A stretch of 64,000 nt of DNA from a virus. The notes under the pieces were generated by a model. It saw only the letters and a list, made by a program, of their open reading frames with translations, was not told the origin of the DNA and ran no database searches. A program made the position numbers and the translations under genes. The stretch spans positions 1 to 64,000 of the IMG/VR virus record IMGVR_UViG_3300020451_000152; one strand, given 5' to 3'. How positions within the stretch are numbered: position 1 is the first letter of the stretch; each line of letters opens with the position of its first letter. This document shows positions 19,127-31,000 of the stretch, in pieces.

Positions 19127-22100
19127 TATGCTAGTGCTAACGCCCTTACATTTTTAATGATAGGTATCTCTGCTTGATTAGTACCATTCATCACAACCTT
19201 AATAATAAATCCTGTGAAAGGTGCTAAATCGTTAGCAGTGTACTGATACTCATTCCATCTAGATTCAGGGTTAATAAACTTATCTGGATTACCGTCAGGA
19301 CCAGGTAGAGTAAGTCTTACCTTATCTCCAAACCCATCTCCATCAGTGTCTACCAAATTAAAGTAACCTGGGAAGAGATCAAATGATTGATCAACTTCAC
19401 TAGAATCACCTCTGATCAAACTATACATTACTCTGAAATCAACAGATGCAGGTCTAAAGGCATCAAAGATAACCTTTAATGAAGTTGCAGGTTGTTTGAT
19501 TTTAATAATCTTAGACATGTAATATGAAGTATGTAAATCTCCATAGATAACATTTGCTCTAGGATCAATTGAGTAATCTGCAATAGGTTTGTTAAGTCTA
19601 TTAGATGAGAATAACATCTTAGCAGTATCAAGGCATAACATTGGAGAACTCCAGAAGTTACCACCATTAGACATTGCGATTCTAGTTGTTAGAGATTTAT
19701 TTCTAAACAAACCAGTTAATTTACTTAACTCATTAACTTCAGATGCAACTATTCTTGTAGTGTCAAGTTTAGTTTCTTCATTAAGACCAACAGGAATAAA
19801 TCCAAGATCGGTGAATGAGGTCTCAGAACCATCTACACTAGTTCCACTAACAGTTCTAATGTTCACAGTAGCACTGTCAGAAGCACCAGGTGTAGTTATA
19901 TCATACAATGGGGTTATTGTATCATACTGGATGTTTTTGGACGCATGAGCAGCGATACCGCCACCAAAGACTTCCTCACTGAATGAGAGTTGAGGTACAC
20001 TGATACCAGAGATATCAACTGACCTACCTTCTCTATCAACTTTAATCAATAAATCATCCATATTTTTCTCTTGAGATTCTACATCATGTTCAGTATTAAT
20101 CTTGGTTAGAGAAACTCCACCAAACTCATACTTTTTGATAATAGAACCAGACGCATGGTTGATTGACTGGGTATTATTAATACCTCTTACAATACCACCA
20201 AGAGTATTGATACCAACGCTAGTATAAGATATAATTTCATTATTAATCAAAGCGTATGCAGTATTTGCTGCACTAACTAATACTCCTTCAAATACATCGA
20301 ATCCTGTACTATCTCCAATAGAAATATTGGTAGTAGTAGAATTGACTAAAGTAGATAATGTTGATGGTAAAGTATTAGGTTCAACGCCACTAATTGCAAC
20401 TTTGTTTCCTATACCATACATTCCGTGATTGAAGTAAGATACTCTTGCATACTCACCAGTGTAAACACTACCAGTAGCATCATATCTGTATACATCAGTT
20501 CCAGAATCAACAACTGTACCTGCCTCGTGGAAGTAAGTTAAATCACCACCAGCAGTAAACTCTTCTGCTTGAATACCAGTTAGATATAGAGTGTCAAGAC
20601 CTGCAATAGAATTGATACCGATTCTGACTCCAGAACCACTACCACTCATATCAGCAGTTACGACACCAACCATATCACCAACTTTATATCCATTACCAGC
20701 AACAGCAATTGTTGCAGCAGTAATTGTTGAGTTACCAGCACCAACTGTTACTCCTAACTTAAGTCCAGTTCCTTCACCAGTAATGTTGAAGGTTCTAACT
20801 TGTGCTATAGGTGTTCCATAATTAGATCCATTTGTGGTAATACCTACAACACCAGTTGCAGGACCACCAGCATCTTCAATAAATCCATAACGGTAACTAG
20901 CAGTGCTATCTCCTACCTTTCTACCCTGAGTGAATACTGTTCCAATCAATCCAGCATTTGTTGTGGTTGTAAAACCAACAGCAGCTTTCTTGGGAAGTGC
21001 TTCAATAGGATTTTTATTCAAGGCATTGAGTACACCATTATTAGGTCTAATTGGTGGGTTCTGGAATGTAACAACACCATCAGTAGAACTAAATTTCGCT
21101 CTATAAATCTTGAATGTCATGTCTTCAAATTGACATGGTGTCCATTCACGACCATTCTGTGACTTGTAAAGTGAACCAACTAAGAATTGGTTTGAATACA
21201 CTCTTCCAGAAGCATTAGGTAGAGATTGTGCGTTGATGGCAGTTTGACCCATTTCAGCAGTAAAGATCTCATATCCATTTGCAGGAGCACCAACAACTAA
21301 AGCATAAGGTTTAGCAGGTTCCAACCAAATTGGAGCAGGGAATGTAAATCTAGTCGCTACAGATGCATCAGTTGATACTTCTATATTTGCAGGATCTATC
21401 GATACATGTGCATCAGGCGTAAGGATTTCTCCTTTAGGGATGCCAAGTTCCATTGCTCTAATTTGAGCAAAAGGAGCACGAGTAGGATCGTTATCTTTAG
21501 TAGCAAAGAAAACATCAACAGCAGTTACATAAGCACCATGTTCATCCACAACGAATGATTGTGCAAGAGGATCATCATCCTGACTTTCTACAACAGGTAC
21601 TGGTACAGGTACTGGTACGGGAACAGGATTTGGAACAGGAACAATAACGGGCACAGGCACATTATTTGTAACCTCAACAATCTCCGTAACAGTATTATCA
21701 ATTATTGTAGTGTTCTCAATAATGACAGGAGGTGGTGGTGGAGGTGGTGGGGGCGGTCTTCGGTTAATAAAGGTCAGTCCGTAATCACGCTGTACTGTCG
21801 TAGTTTCTAGAGTTGTAACTCTAACATCAGTTTGTATTAGTCTTGTAGTTCCTACAGCAGTGTATATTGCAGATGCATTTGATATTAAACTACTACCTCT
21901 CAATCCAGTTGAGTTTGTATTACTAGATGTAATTCTAAATTCTCTTTCACCTGATCTAACTCTTGCCAATGGTATGGGTGATGAATTAGGATTTCTAATC
22001 CATACAGCTCCGTAGAGATCTCCCCAAGCATCAGTTCTTAAATCAAGATCTGAAATAGTTGCTTGAGCACCACTAGTCTCACCAGCAATAATAGTTCCTA

Positions 22101-25100
22101 CAGGTAAATATCCAAAGAAGTCTCCTTGTGCAGCATTAGTTAATGCAGCAAGGTCAATATTGATTGCAGTAGAACCTTGAGAATATGAATCAGGTAATGT
22201 CTCATCCCTGTTCAAAGGATTGGTTTCATAAGTTCTTGTTGGAGATGCAAATGGTCCTTCTTTATGATCTGGTCTGCAAAGTCTAAATCTATAAGTTTCT
22301 CCATTAACTAACGCTGTAATTGTTTCACCAACAGTGAAAGATCCTGTAACACCTTCTATTCCTATAACTTTAGGAATTACATCAACAGTGCTGATATCAT
22401 CAAAGAATATAAAGTATCTTGCAAAAGGTCTTAGACCAGTACAATCATATTGAATATTTCTAGACCTAATAAATGGATCAAATGTTTCACTTGCGATGAA
22501 TGTATTCTCAGAGCGAATATCATCTCTCTCAACACTAGATGACTCGTTGGTGCTTAGTGTCATTTCATCGTCACCAAATCCACCATCAACATTTGTTAAC
22601 GATAGTCTAGTATCATAAGAAGTTCTTCTAATAGTTTGAGTAAAGAGATTCTGTGTTCTTTCTGTATGAATCCAGTTATCACTAACAGGTGTAAGACTTA
22701 GATCACCGATAAACTTATGTACAAAGAATGGGTTTAGATTTTCAACTCTTGTAGCAAAGTTCTGCTGAACAAATAGATCATCCTCATAATCTAGTGTGAT
22801 CATTCTACCAGTCTTTCTAGTATTAGAATCTAATAAATCAAAATCTTGTGATAAATCTAACTGTTCAGGTGGTAGATTAGTTGCAGGTAGCAACTGCATA
22901 TCAATAGATTGTAAATCTCTAAGGGGTTTTAATTCTCCTCTTTCCTTATCAACATCAATAGGTGAAGATTCATCAACGAACATGGTTGATTTAAATGAAT
23001 CTGCAAAGAAACCACTCTTAAATCTATCAAGTCCATCAGCATCTTTAACTTGTAAAGTAGCAACTTTTTGTTCTAATAGAGATAGTGAAGTAACCTTTTC
23101 TAAGTTTTCTATTCTATCTTCAATCTTACCAATATCACGCATCGTATATCTACGATTGTCAATCAAATAAACTCTAACATTTTCAATATCATAGAGATAT
23201 GCTGGCATTACAATAGTTGCCAATGTCATACCTGTAGGACAATCTACTGGTGGTTTAGGATTAGCAGCAGGAGTTCCTTTTTCTACTATTAAAGCACCGC
23301 TTGTTTTTAATATTAATTTATCAATTCTACCCAAGTAATGTTTGAATCCAAATTCTGATGATTCGTTAGGAGTTGCAATCCTTCTAGGAGCATCAGCAAA
23401 TACTCTACTACCTTGATAGTAAGGAGAGAACGATGCTGAAGCAGGAGTAAAGACAGGAACTCTTGGTCTAAAATCTAGAGTGTCGCTAGATCTTGTTTGA
23501 CCTTTACCAATTCTAGGAATATCATGACTAAACCTATCTGAATCATAACTGCTGACAGTAAAGAAATCTCCAGTATCTGTAGATGGAACTTCATACCTAT
23601 CAAACACAACATATAATCTTTTAGATGGAATGTAACCATTATTAACTCTAACAATACTAGAGTAATCATAATATTGATCTTTTTGTCCTTTGTCTAAAAG
23701 ATATAGATCTGTAAGATCTTTATATTTGCCAGGTACAAATGCTTGAAGTGTAGCAACAGCATTTGACTCTTGGAAGTTTAAGGTTTCTAATAGATTGAAT
23801 TTGTCTTCAGTTTTAAATACGACTTCTATTCTACTATTACCAGAGTCAATAGATACAACTCTTGCAACAGCGTTTGTATTAGCACCTATAATATCTTCAC
23901 CAACAAGTGCTTCTGAGAATATACTATCAGTAGAAGTAAATACCAACCTATCTAAAACAGGAGCATTTTTATCTAATGATTCGTAGATAGAAATTACTTC
24001 ATTGACATCAGGATAATTTAAACATATCTTTTGATCTTGTACTCTAGTACCATATAGTTGACTATTAGTTAATCCATCATTTAAAGTTTGTCCAGCAGTT
24101 GTACCAGAACCTTCGTTATTTGAATATGTTACATCAATAGTTTCACTCTTTTGGAAGTTTTTAACTTTGTTCTTGATATTGCTCTTAGCAACAGTCACAT
24201 TAACTTTAACATTGCTTTGAGAGAAAGTTAGACCATTGATAGTTAAAGTATTAGAAGTAATTACTACTTGAGATGAATCAATCTGTGCAATAGTTTTGTT
24301 AGAATATTGTACTTGATATCTCTCTTGATCAAAGGCAACAAAAGTACAATCATCTATACCTACTGATGCAATAGGTACTACAAGAACACCATTAGCATCA
24401 GTGGATTCTCCTGTTACTTGCTCAGATAAAAGAATTTCAGATCCAGTAAAATCAAGATCAGAAATATGTTTCTTTGGTAGAGGTAAAAATAAACCAGTGT
24501 TATCTTGAGAACCTAAATCCTGAACACCTATCCTAAATTGTCCTTCATAGGTACTACCAGGCAGTCCACCATCAAATAGGTTACTAACATCATTAATTGC
24601 CACAACGGTCATATCAGAACCATCTGTAGCAACTAGAGATACAACATTCTGTCTTACTAAAGCAGAACCCTGCAATTGATATCTAATAATATCACCAGGT
24701 TTAAATCTTTCAAAAGTTCTACCAGGACAACTTACTACACCACCAGTAGTAATTCTGACTGAATCAGTAGGAGTAAATCCAAAAGGAACTTTATCAACTA
24801 ATTTTTTATTGGCAGTGAATGAATTTCCAGACTGTGAAATCTTAGAGACATCATCAATATCATAAGATTGAACTCTCTCAATAGTTCTACTAAGATTCTG
24901 TTTTCTACCATTAACAATTATTTGCTCACCTGCTTGGAAATTTCCAGATGTTTGAGTTACTGTTATTGAACTACTACCTGCACCACTAACAGCATACGCT
25001 GTAGCACCACTCTCATTACCTTCTATGAATGCAGAAACATTTACTTGATTTGCTGTTACATTATCATTCAACTCCAATACAGTATATGTTTGAACATCAA

Positions 25101-26457
25101 ATAAGAATAGATCAAAATCAGTAGATGCATTTTTATAACTATCATCTACTAAACCAAAGTTATATACTTTTGCCTCTCCAATTTTTATTGAACCACTTGC
25201 ACCATCTTGTCTTTCTAAATCAATAGTATTTCTAAATGTAGTAATACCAGCAACATTATTAACTCTGATTTGATTTCCCATTCTAAAGGAAAATGTTTCT
25301 CTATTAAAATCAGATGTAGTTCTTGGTTTATCTACATCAATAGTTTGTCCTGCTGTAGTCCATTCATAACCTTGAACATATGCTTTACCAGCAGATATTT
25401 TTACACACGCAAGATCATCATTGGGTGTATTACCTTCTTGAGTTACCTCATTATTATAGTAAATTCCATCATTACCTTGTCTATCATTGAGACTATTTTT
25501 AACATCAATAAAGAATGGATTTAGTGTATAATCACCTGACTCATCAGAAGTCCTTTTAGCAATGTAATCTCTAATTAAATTATAGTTTGTATCCTTATTA
25601 GTATGTGTTTCTACCTTACCTGCTCTGACCCTCATTATCTCAATGAAGTCAGTATCATTATAATCAAATAAATTTTTCTTAGTTAACTTAAGTTCTATTT
25701 TAAGTCTATCAGCACCTGGTGCTGCAAAGTTAGAAAATCCTTTAGCATTATCATATAGATCAGGATCATCTTTTGCGTTAACAGCACTCTCTACTACCTG
25801 CAATCCAATCCTATAAAAAGGACCATTAGAATATTGTTCTAGTATAATTGTTTGTTGATTGACCCTTACAAATGCCCCTCTTATAAAATAAACACCACTA
25901 GAAACACTCGCTGATGAACCAATAGTACAAGAGTCTAATGCAATTGTAGATGCAAATGTAGAACCTGCATTTAAAGTTGTATTACCATATATGATTGGTT
26001 CTTCTAACAATAAAAGCTCTGAGTCTTGGAAGAATGAAAAATCTCCACTAGGACCACATTGCTGATACTTGACGAATAATGTAGGTACTCCTTCATTAGA
26101 ATTACTAGAGGTTACATAGTCAACTACCTTTGCTGTAATCTGAGATGTTTCTCCTTTAATCCTTTTACCTATAAGTTGTTCTATATAAACTTCAACATCT
26201 GTTCCTAAATGTGTAGGATCTAATTTTACTGCAAAATATTGACCATCATAGGTAACACCACCAGGAACCACAACGGATCCCTCTTTAAACATATGACTAC
26301 CAAACTGCTCAACCTGATTCTGCATGATAGACTGCAGAGTCGTAAGTTCACGAGCTTGAACAGGAAATCCTGGTTTGAACAGAACTCTATGGTAATTGTC
26401 GGTTCTGTCAAAGTCGTCGTAATAGGGACTTATATTCAGGTTAGTCTGTTGTGGCAT
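19126..26457 (-). CDS. VrlC-like (DUF4815-type) large virion structural protein
   Basis: PYYDDFD...VLFKPGFPVQARELT.LQS, APGADRLK, YTMRDIGKIEDRI, DPLAQSF motifs. Confidence 0.9.
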   Translation of the reverse strand: MPQQTNLNISPYYDDFDRTDNYHRVLFKPGFPVQARELTTLQSIMQNQVEQFGSHMFKEGSVVVPGGVTYDGQYFAVKLDPTHLGTDVEVYIEQLIGKRIKGETSQITAKVVDYVTSSNSNEGVPTLFVKYQQCGPSGDFSFFQDSELLLLEEPIIYGNTTLNAGSTFASTIALDSCTIGSSASVSSGVYFIRGAFVRVNQQTIILEQYSNGPFYRIGLQVVESAVNAKDDPDLYDNAKGFSNFAAPGADRLKIELKLTKKNLFDYNDTDFIEIMRVRAGKVETHTNKDTNYNLIRDYIAKRTSDESGDYTLNPFFIDVKNSLNDRQGNDGIYYNNEVTQEGNTPNDDLACVKISAGKAYVQGYEWTTAGQTIDVDKPRTTSDFNRETFSFRMGNQIRVNNVAGITTFRNTIDLERQDGASGSIKIGEAKVYNFGLVDDSYKNASTDFDLFLFDVQTYTVLELNDNVTANQVNVSAFIEGNESGATAYAVSGAGSSSITVTQTSGNFQAGEQIIVNGRKQNLSRTIERVQSYDIDDVSKISQSGNSFTANKKLVDKVPFGFTPTDSVRITTGGVVSCPGRTFERFKPGDIIRYQLQGSALVRQNVVSLVATDGSDMTVVAINDVSNLFDGGLPGSTYEGQFRIGVQDLGSQDNTGLFLPLPKKHISDLDFTGSEILLSEQVTGESTDANGVLVVPIASVGIDDCTFVAFDQERYQVQYSNKTIAQIDSSQVVITSNTLTINGLTFSQSNVKVNVTVAKSNIKNKVKNFQKSETIDVTYSNNEGSGTTAGQTLNDGLTNSQLYGTRVQDQKICLNYPDVNEVISIYESLDKNAPVLDRLVFTSTDSIFSEALVGEDIIGANTNAVARVVSIDSGNSRIEVVFKTEDKFNLLETLNFQESNAVATLQAFVPGKYKDLTDLYLLDKGQKDQYYDYSSIVRVNNGYIPSKRLYVVFDRYEVPSTDTGDFFTVSSYDSDRFSHDIPRIGKGQTRSSDTLDFRPRVPVFTPASASFSPYYQGSRVFADAPRRIATPNESSEFGFKHYLGRIDKLILKTSGALIVEKGTPAANPKPPVDCPTGMTLATIVMPAYLYDIENVRVYLIDNRRYTMRDIGKIEDRIENLEKVTSLSLLEQKVATLQVKDADGLDRFKSGFFADSFKSTMFVDESSPIDVDKERGELKPLRDLQSIDMQLLPATNLPPEQLDLSQDFDLLDSNTRKTGRMITLDYEDDLFVQQNFATRVENLNPFFVHKFIGDLSLTPVSDNWIHTERTQNLFTQTIRRTSYDTRLSLTNVDGGFGDDEMTLSTNESSSVERDDIRSENTFIASETFDPFIRSRNIQYDCTGLRPFARYFIFFDDISTVDVIPKVIGIEGVTGSFTVGETITALVNGETYRFRLCRPDHKEGPFASPTRTYETNPLNRDETLPDSYSQGSTAINIDLAALTNAAQGDFFGYLPVGTIIAGETSGAQATISDLDLRTDAWGDLYGAVWIRNPNSSPIPLARVRSGEREFRITSSNTNSTGLRGSSLISNASAIYTAVGTTRLIQTDVRVTTLETTTVQRDYGLTFINRRPPPPPPPPPPVIIENTTIIDNTVTEIVEVTNNVPVPVIVPVPNPVPVPVPVPVPVVESQDDDPLAQSFVVDEHGAYVTAVDVFFATKDNDPTRAPFAQIRAMELGIPKGEILTPDAHVSIDPANIEVSTDASVATRFTFPAPIWLEPAKPYALVVGAPANGYEIFTAEMGQTAINAQSLPNASGRVYSNQFLVGSLYKSQNGREWTPCQFEDMTFKIYRAKFSSTDGVVTFQNPPIRPNNGVLNALNKNPIEALPKKAAVGFTTTTNAGLIGTVFTQGRKVGDSTASYRYGFIEDAGGPATGVVGITTNGSNYGTPIAQVRTFNITGEGTGLKLGVTVGAGNSTITAATIAVAGNGYKVGDMVGVVTADMSGSGSGVRIGINSIAGLDTLYLTGIQAEEFTAGGDLTYFHEAGTVVDSGTDVYRYDATGSVYTGEYARVSYFNHGMYGIGNKVAISGVEPNTLPSTLSTLVNSTTTNISIGDSTGFDVFEGVLVSAANTAYALINNEIISYTSVGINTLGGIVRGINNTQSINHASGSIIKKYEFGGVSLTKINTEHDVESQEKNMDDLLIKVDREGRSVDISGISVPQLSFSEEVFGGGIAAHASKNIQYDTITPLYDITTPGASDSATVNIRTVSGTSVDGSETSFTDLGFIPVGLNEETKLDTTRIVASEVNELSKLTGLFRNKSLTTRIAMSNGGNFWSSPMLCLDTAKMLFSSNRLNKPIADYSIDPRANVIYGDLHTSYYMSKIIKIKQPATSLKVIFDAFRPASVDFRVMYSLIRGDSSEVDQSFDLFPGYFNLVDTDGDGFGDKVRLTLPGPDGNPDKFINPESRWNEYQYTANDLAPFTGFIIKVVMNGTNQAEIPIIKNVRALALA

Positions 26458-26460
26458 TTT

Positions 26461-28032
26461 TTAGAACTCTAATACGATCTTGATGTCTTCTTTTTGACGA
26501 ACATTTCTTGTAATAGCAGGTCTATTATCAAGGTAGATGATCTCTCCACTTCTTTTATTTATCTCAGCATTTGCAACACCGTTCGTGAATTGCACACCGA
26601 GATCAACAACCTTACCAGAAGGTGTTGTTGTAGATATACCACTAAAGGTTTGATCTACATTGACACTGAATGAAGTACTAGTAACAGCGTCAGCAGTTGA
26701 TTGGAATTCCAATACTGGTGCTTGACCAGCAACATTAACACTATCCGTATTATCAAAGGTAGATTGGTTGAACACCAAACTTTGATCTTGGAAGTATTTA
26801 ATCACCTTAGTATCAATATCATATGATGCAACATAACCTCTAGCAGTTCCAACGCCAGAAATATTTTGTGTAATTGCTGTGCCAACTCCTAATACCTGTG
26901 AAACATCTCCTGTAAACTTAAATGCTTTTAGAGCAGAGAATTCAGAAGTTTGTAAGAAGTTTGTACCAGCAGCACCAATAGCAGTTGGATTTCTAATCAA
27001 TCCAACCTGTGCAAATATAGTATCACTTGCAAAATCATATGATGAAGCATCAAACCTAGTATAAATCAGAACTTTATCAGTTCCTAATTCCTTATAAAGA
27101 TCAAATCCATGACCCTTAGAAGGAGGAATAATAGGTGTTAATCTAGAAAACTTTGTGGCACTACCATTAATAGAAGAAAGGTCAACTCTTCCATAACTAT
27201 AACCTTTACCACCATTAGTTACTTGAGCAGAAATAACTTGACCATTTGTATTAGTCAAGATTCTAACTTTTCCTCCAGAACCATCACCAATAATATCAAC
27301 TTCGATAGGACTAGATAAGAAACTATATCCAGTACCAGTTTCATCAATTGATACGACCTTAATTTGATTGTTGTTAGTATCAGAATCACCATTGTCTCTA
27401 ACAACTGAAATATCGTTATTAGTTGATGTGCTCCATTCATTAGGAACAGCAATATATTCCGTAGAGTCAAATTTGACGATATCTGCAGGAGGAACCGTGA
27501 ACAAATATTTCCAAAGATAACCGTCACCACTAACACCAGCAGCAGATGGTTCTAGATCAGTGAATGTGGGTTCATCAAGAGATGCACTTGCAAGACTTGA
27601 TATACCAGCAGATCCATTATTGATACAAATATAGATTCTATAGTCCCTATTCATCACATAGTAGTTTGACGAATAAAGTCTACTAGAGTTAGAAACTAGC
27701 GATCTGTTATTTGTATTATAATCATGTCGATACATGTCATAGGATGTACCCTTTGTCCATGTAATCTTTTTGACTAATCTTCTAACATCACCAGGAAAAA
27801 CTTTACGACCAAAAAGCATAGTATCATACACATGGTTATTGTATTGAATACTATCCGTAGGTGATGGTGGTTGTAAAGTTGTACTATTCCATGTATCAGT
27901 CCGACCAAATCCAGCATATGTTGGGTTTGCTAGTCCTAAAAATGCATAGTAAGAATTATTTCCTGCCGTAACATCTTCCATGAAGTTATTGGCATTTATA
28001 ATTCTAAATTGGTCGGTTATAATTGCTGCCAT
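26461..28032 (-). CDS. gp8: Baseplate wedge subunit
   Basis: AIITDQFRI.NA, YDMYRHDY, DGYLWKYLFT, SGEIIYLDNR..EDIKIVLEF. Confidence 0.93.
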   Translation of the reverse strand: MAAIITDQFRIINANNFMEDVTAGNNSYYAFLGLANPTYAGFGRTDTWNSTTLQPPSPTDSIQYNNHVYDTMLFGRKVFPGDVRRLVKKITWTKGTSYDMYRHDYNTNNRSLVSNSSRLYSSNYYVMNRDYRIYICINNGSAGISSLASASLDEPTFTDLEPSAAGVSGDGYLWKYLFTVPPADIVKFDSTEYIAVPNEWSTSTNNDISVVRDNGDSDTNNNQIKVVSIDETGTGYSFLSSPIEVDIIGDGSGGKVRILTNTNGQVISAQVTNGGKGYSYGRVDLSSINGSATKFSRLTPIIPPSKGHGFDLYKELGTDKVLIYTRFDASSYDFASDTIFAQVGLIRNPTAIGAAGTNFLQTSEFSALKAFKFTGDVSQVLGVGTAITQNISGVGTARGYVASYDIDTKVIKYFQDQSLVFNQSTFDNTDSVNVAGQAPVLEFQSTADAVTSTSFSVNVDQTFSGISTTTPSGKVVDLGVQFTNGVANAEINKRSGEIIYLDNRPAITRNVRQKEDIKIVLEF

Positions 28033-28065
28033 TGCAATTTTTCTCTAAAGGTCTTACTATTTTGG

Positions 28066-28073
28066 TATTTATA
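28066..28073 (-). promoter_or_regulatory. T4-type late promoter TATAAATA
   Basis: Exact consensus at the gp7 stop, upstream of gp8. Confidence 0.8.
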
Positions 28074-31000
28074 ATGTTTTTCCAAGTGCTCCTGTATTAC
28101 GAAGACCAGTATTGGTTCTCTTTACAACAGGATAGTTATCTAAATCAGGGTTATAATCTAATCCCTTAACAGTTAGGGCAAGTGGGTATCCTACATTTCT
28201 AGTAGCACTAGAGAAGCGACCCCATGTAAATCTAGCAGCAGGGAAGGCAGTTGATCCAACACCAACTAATCCTGTAACATCAGTACCAGAGTGGATATTA
28301 CAAGTTATAACACCTGTTCTAGCACTTCCGTCCCAATGCAATCCATGTGCATAGTATATATTGTCAAGTTCAAAGGTACTAATACCAATTGAATCAGAAT
28401 CATGAGAGTCAACACTGGTTATCACACCAGCAGCAGGATTGATACCAGATGCAAATAATTTGAATGGATATCCTTCTTGGAACTGCTGAACATACGCTGC
28501 ATTTTGAGAGTTGACCAAAGCATTCATATCTAACTGGAATACTAGACCTAAATCAGTACCAATACCAGCAGATGTTGTAATACCAGTAACAACACCAGTA
28601 TAACCTTGAACATCTGTGTTCAATGGATCAATATCATTCCAAACTTCCCAGTTAACACCTGCTGTTGCTGTTGTTCCAATACCAACACCAAATACATAGA
28701 GTCCAAAATCACCAGTTAACTGACCATCAAGGTCTCTAAATCTTTCTACATGATCAACAAATAATTCTGTTGCAGTAGCAGCATAACCAGAAAGAACATT
28801 GGCAGTAGGAACAATCTGTGCTTCTAAAGTATCTCTTGCTTTAGAAACTAGAGCACCACCAAATATTTTATCTTCTTTTTGTTTATTCCATCTGAATGGT
28901 TTAAAGTTATCAGGGTTAACACCTGAACCTTGATAGAATGGAGTTTCTAAAACTGATGCACTTGTGATGTTAACGGCAATTCTTTCTTCTTGTTGTGCAA
29001 AGTTGGATGCATCAACAGCAACTCTATTCAATTCAAGTTCCTCACTCTTGAATAATTCTAGTGAGTCACCTATCTTAATAACTTCATTTACATCAAATAG
29101 TACACTATCATTACCTACTGTTCCTCTGTAGAAGAATATAAAGACATCATCCTCAACTGTAGGTGCAGTCTCAAAACTTACCGATGTACCACCATTGAAG
29201 GTATAGTGTACATTGGGTTCTTGAAGGATACCATTCACAAAAATCATAAGAACTGGTGCTAGATCAATTTCTCTAGAATCAGGATCATTATTATCAATCT
29301 CAAAACTAACTAGTTGATCTTGATAGTAAAGAGGATATCTTAGTCTATCTCCATCTTGGAAAGGTTTGATATTATCAATGTAATCAATATTACCAAACTG
29401 CCACGCAGATATATCATCATTAAAGATATCAATAACTTCAATTTCAAATGGTTCAAAAAGATCTCCTGCCTTTGGATCTGTAGATAGACCTGCTAACTCA
29501 AACTTATCACCTTTCTTAAATCCATAACCAAACTTAGTCATCTTCCAGATGTAAACTTGATTCAAGGAGAATTCTGGACTTGTTGACATACCAACATAGG
29601 TAGTTGATACACCAATAATATCTACTGTAATAGAAGCACCAACACCAGTAAGGGTAGTGCTACCAATACCTTCTCTATATTTTCCAATAATGCTAAGATC
29701 GCTTCCATTAGGATCTCCAACATCTAAAGATGCCGTATCACTGTAATTTGTTCCACCAGAACCAATATGATAAATTAATGTTCCACCAATACCAATAGTT
29801 GCAGTTATTGAAGCGTCAGTTCCAATACCACCATAATCATGTGTACATACTTCTAATTCTCCCATTAACTGATTATATCCAGAACCAAATGTTAGGTTAT
29901 ACCAAGGAGCAGCAGTACCACCAGTCACATAGTAGTGAGGTATAGTACTAACTCCAGCATTGACTCTAAATGTCTTAGTAGAAACAATTCCTGTAATATC
30001 TAATTCTTCATCGTAATCTGGGAATATATTGGTTGTAATACCAATTCTAACTTCACCACCACTTACATATTGATGTGCAACAGTCGATATACCAACACTA
30101 GTAGTAAACTTAGTAGAGTTGGTAACATTTCTAACTGTATAGAAATAACCTTGTACACCGCTAGGATAAGTTTTAGCACCATACACACAAGTTACTCCAA
30201 TTCCACTCAACTTAAAGTTTGATGGATTTACTAATCCATGATTCTCAGCAGTAATTTGTAAGACTCCTGATGTAGGATTGTACACTGCGTTTGTTGGAGT
30301 CAGAGCAGCACCAGACCAAGAATCAATGTAAATTGTACTTGATGCAGCACTGACAAATGTGTGAGCATAATTACCACCACGAACAACTGCTCCAGTTAAA
30401 GCACTTTGGAAACTATGGGCGTATCCACCACCAGTTATAACAGCGTTACTTGCTTCGTGTCCTGCCATAATATCATAACGATGCTCACTAGTATCAGTTG
30501 AAACACCAACTTGTAAAGTAACATATCCAGTCTGCTTTTTAATACCACCAGTAGTAGCACTAGAGAATATATGCTCGTATTGATCATTAGGTCCAGACTT
30601 TCCAACATCTACTGCAAATGTATCAACAGTAGTGCTTGCAATAGATACCCACTTAGCATGAACTGGATCTGATACACGAGGATATGCATGAGCGATTCTA
30701 TATCCATCTCTACTACACTTAAGTGATATTGCTCCAGTATCAAACTTAACTCTATCACTATTCATAAATCCATGACCAGCAACAGTAACTGTCATGATAC
30801 CTACATTAGGATCATACACTGCATTAGTTGCTGTATGAGAAGTTGATCCAACAGAATGAATACCAATAGGAGCATCAAACGCCTGATCTCTCTTCTGATC
30901 CATACTACCAACACCTGCTGCTTGGAAGGTATGAGTGTAAGGACCACCACCAACAATTTGTGATCTTGTAATACCACTTGCTATACCAGAAGAGAATATA

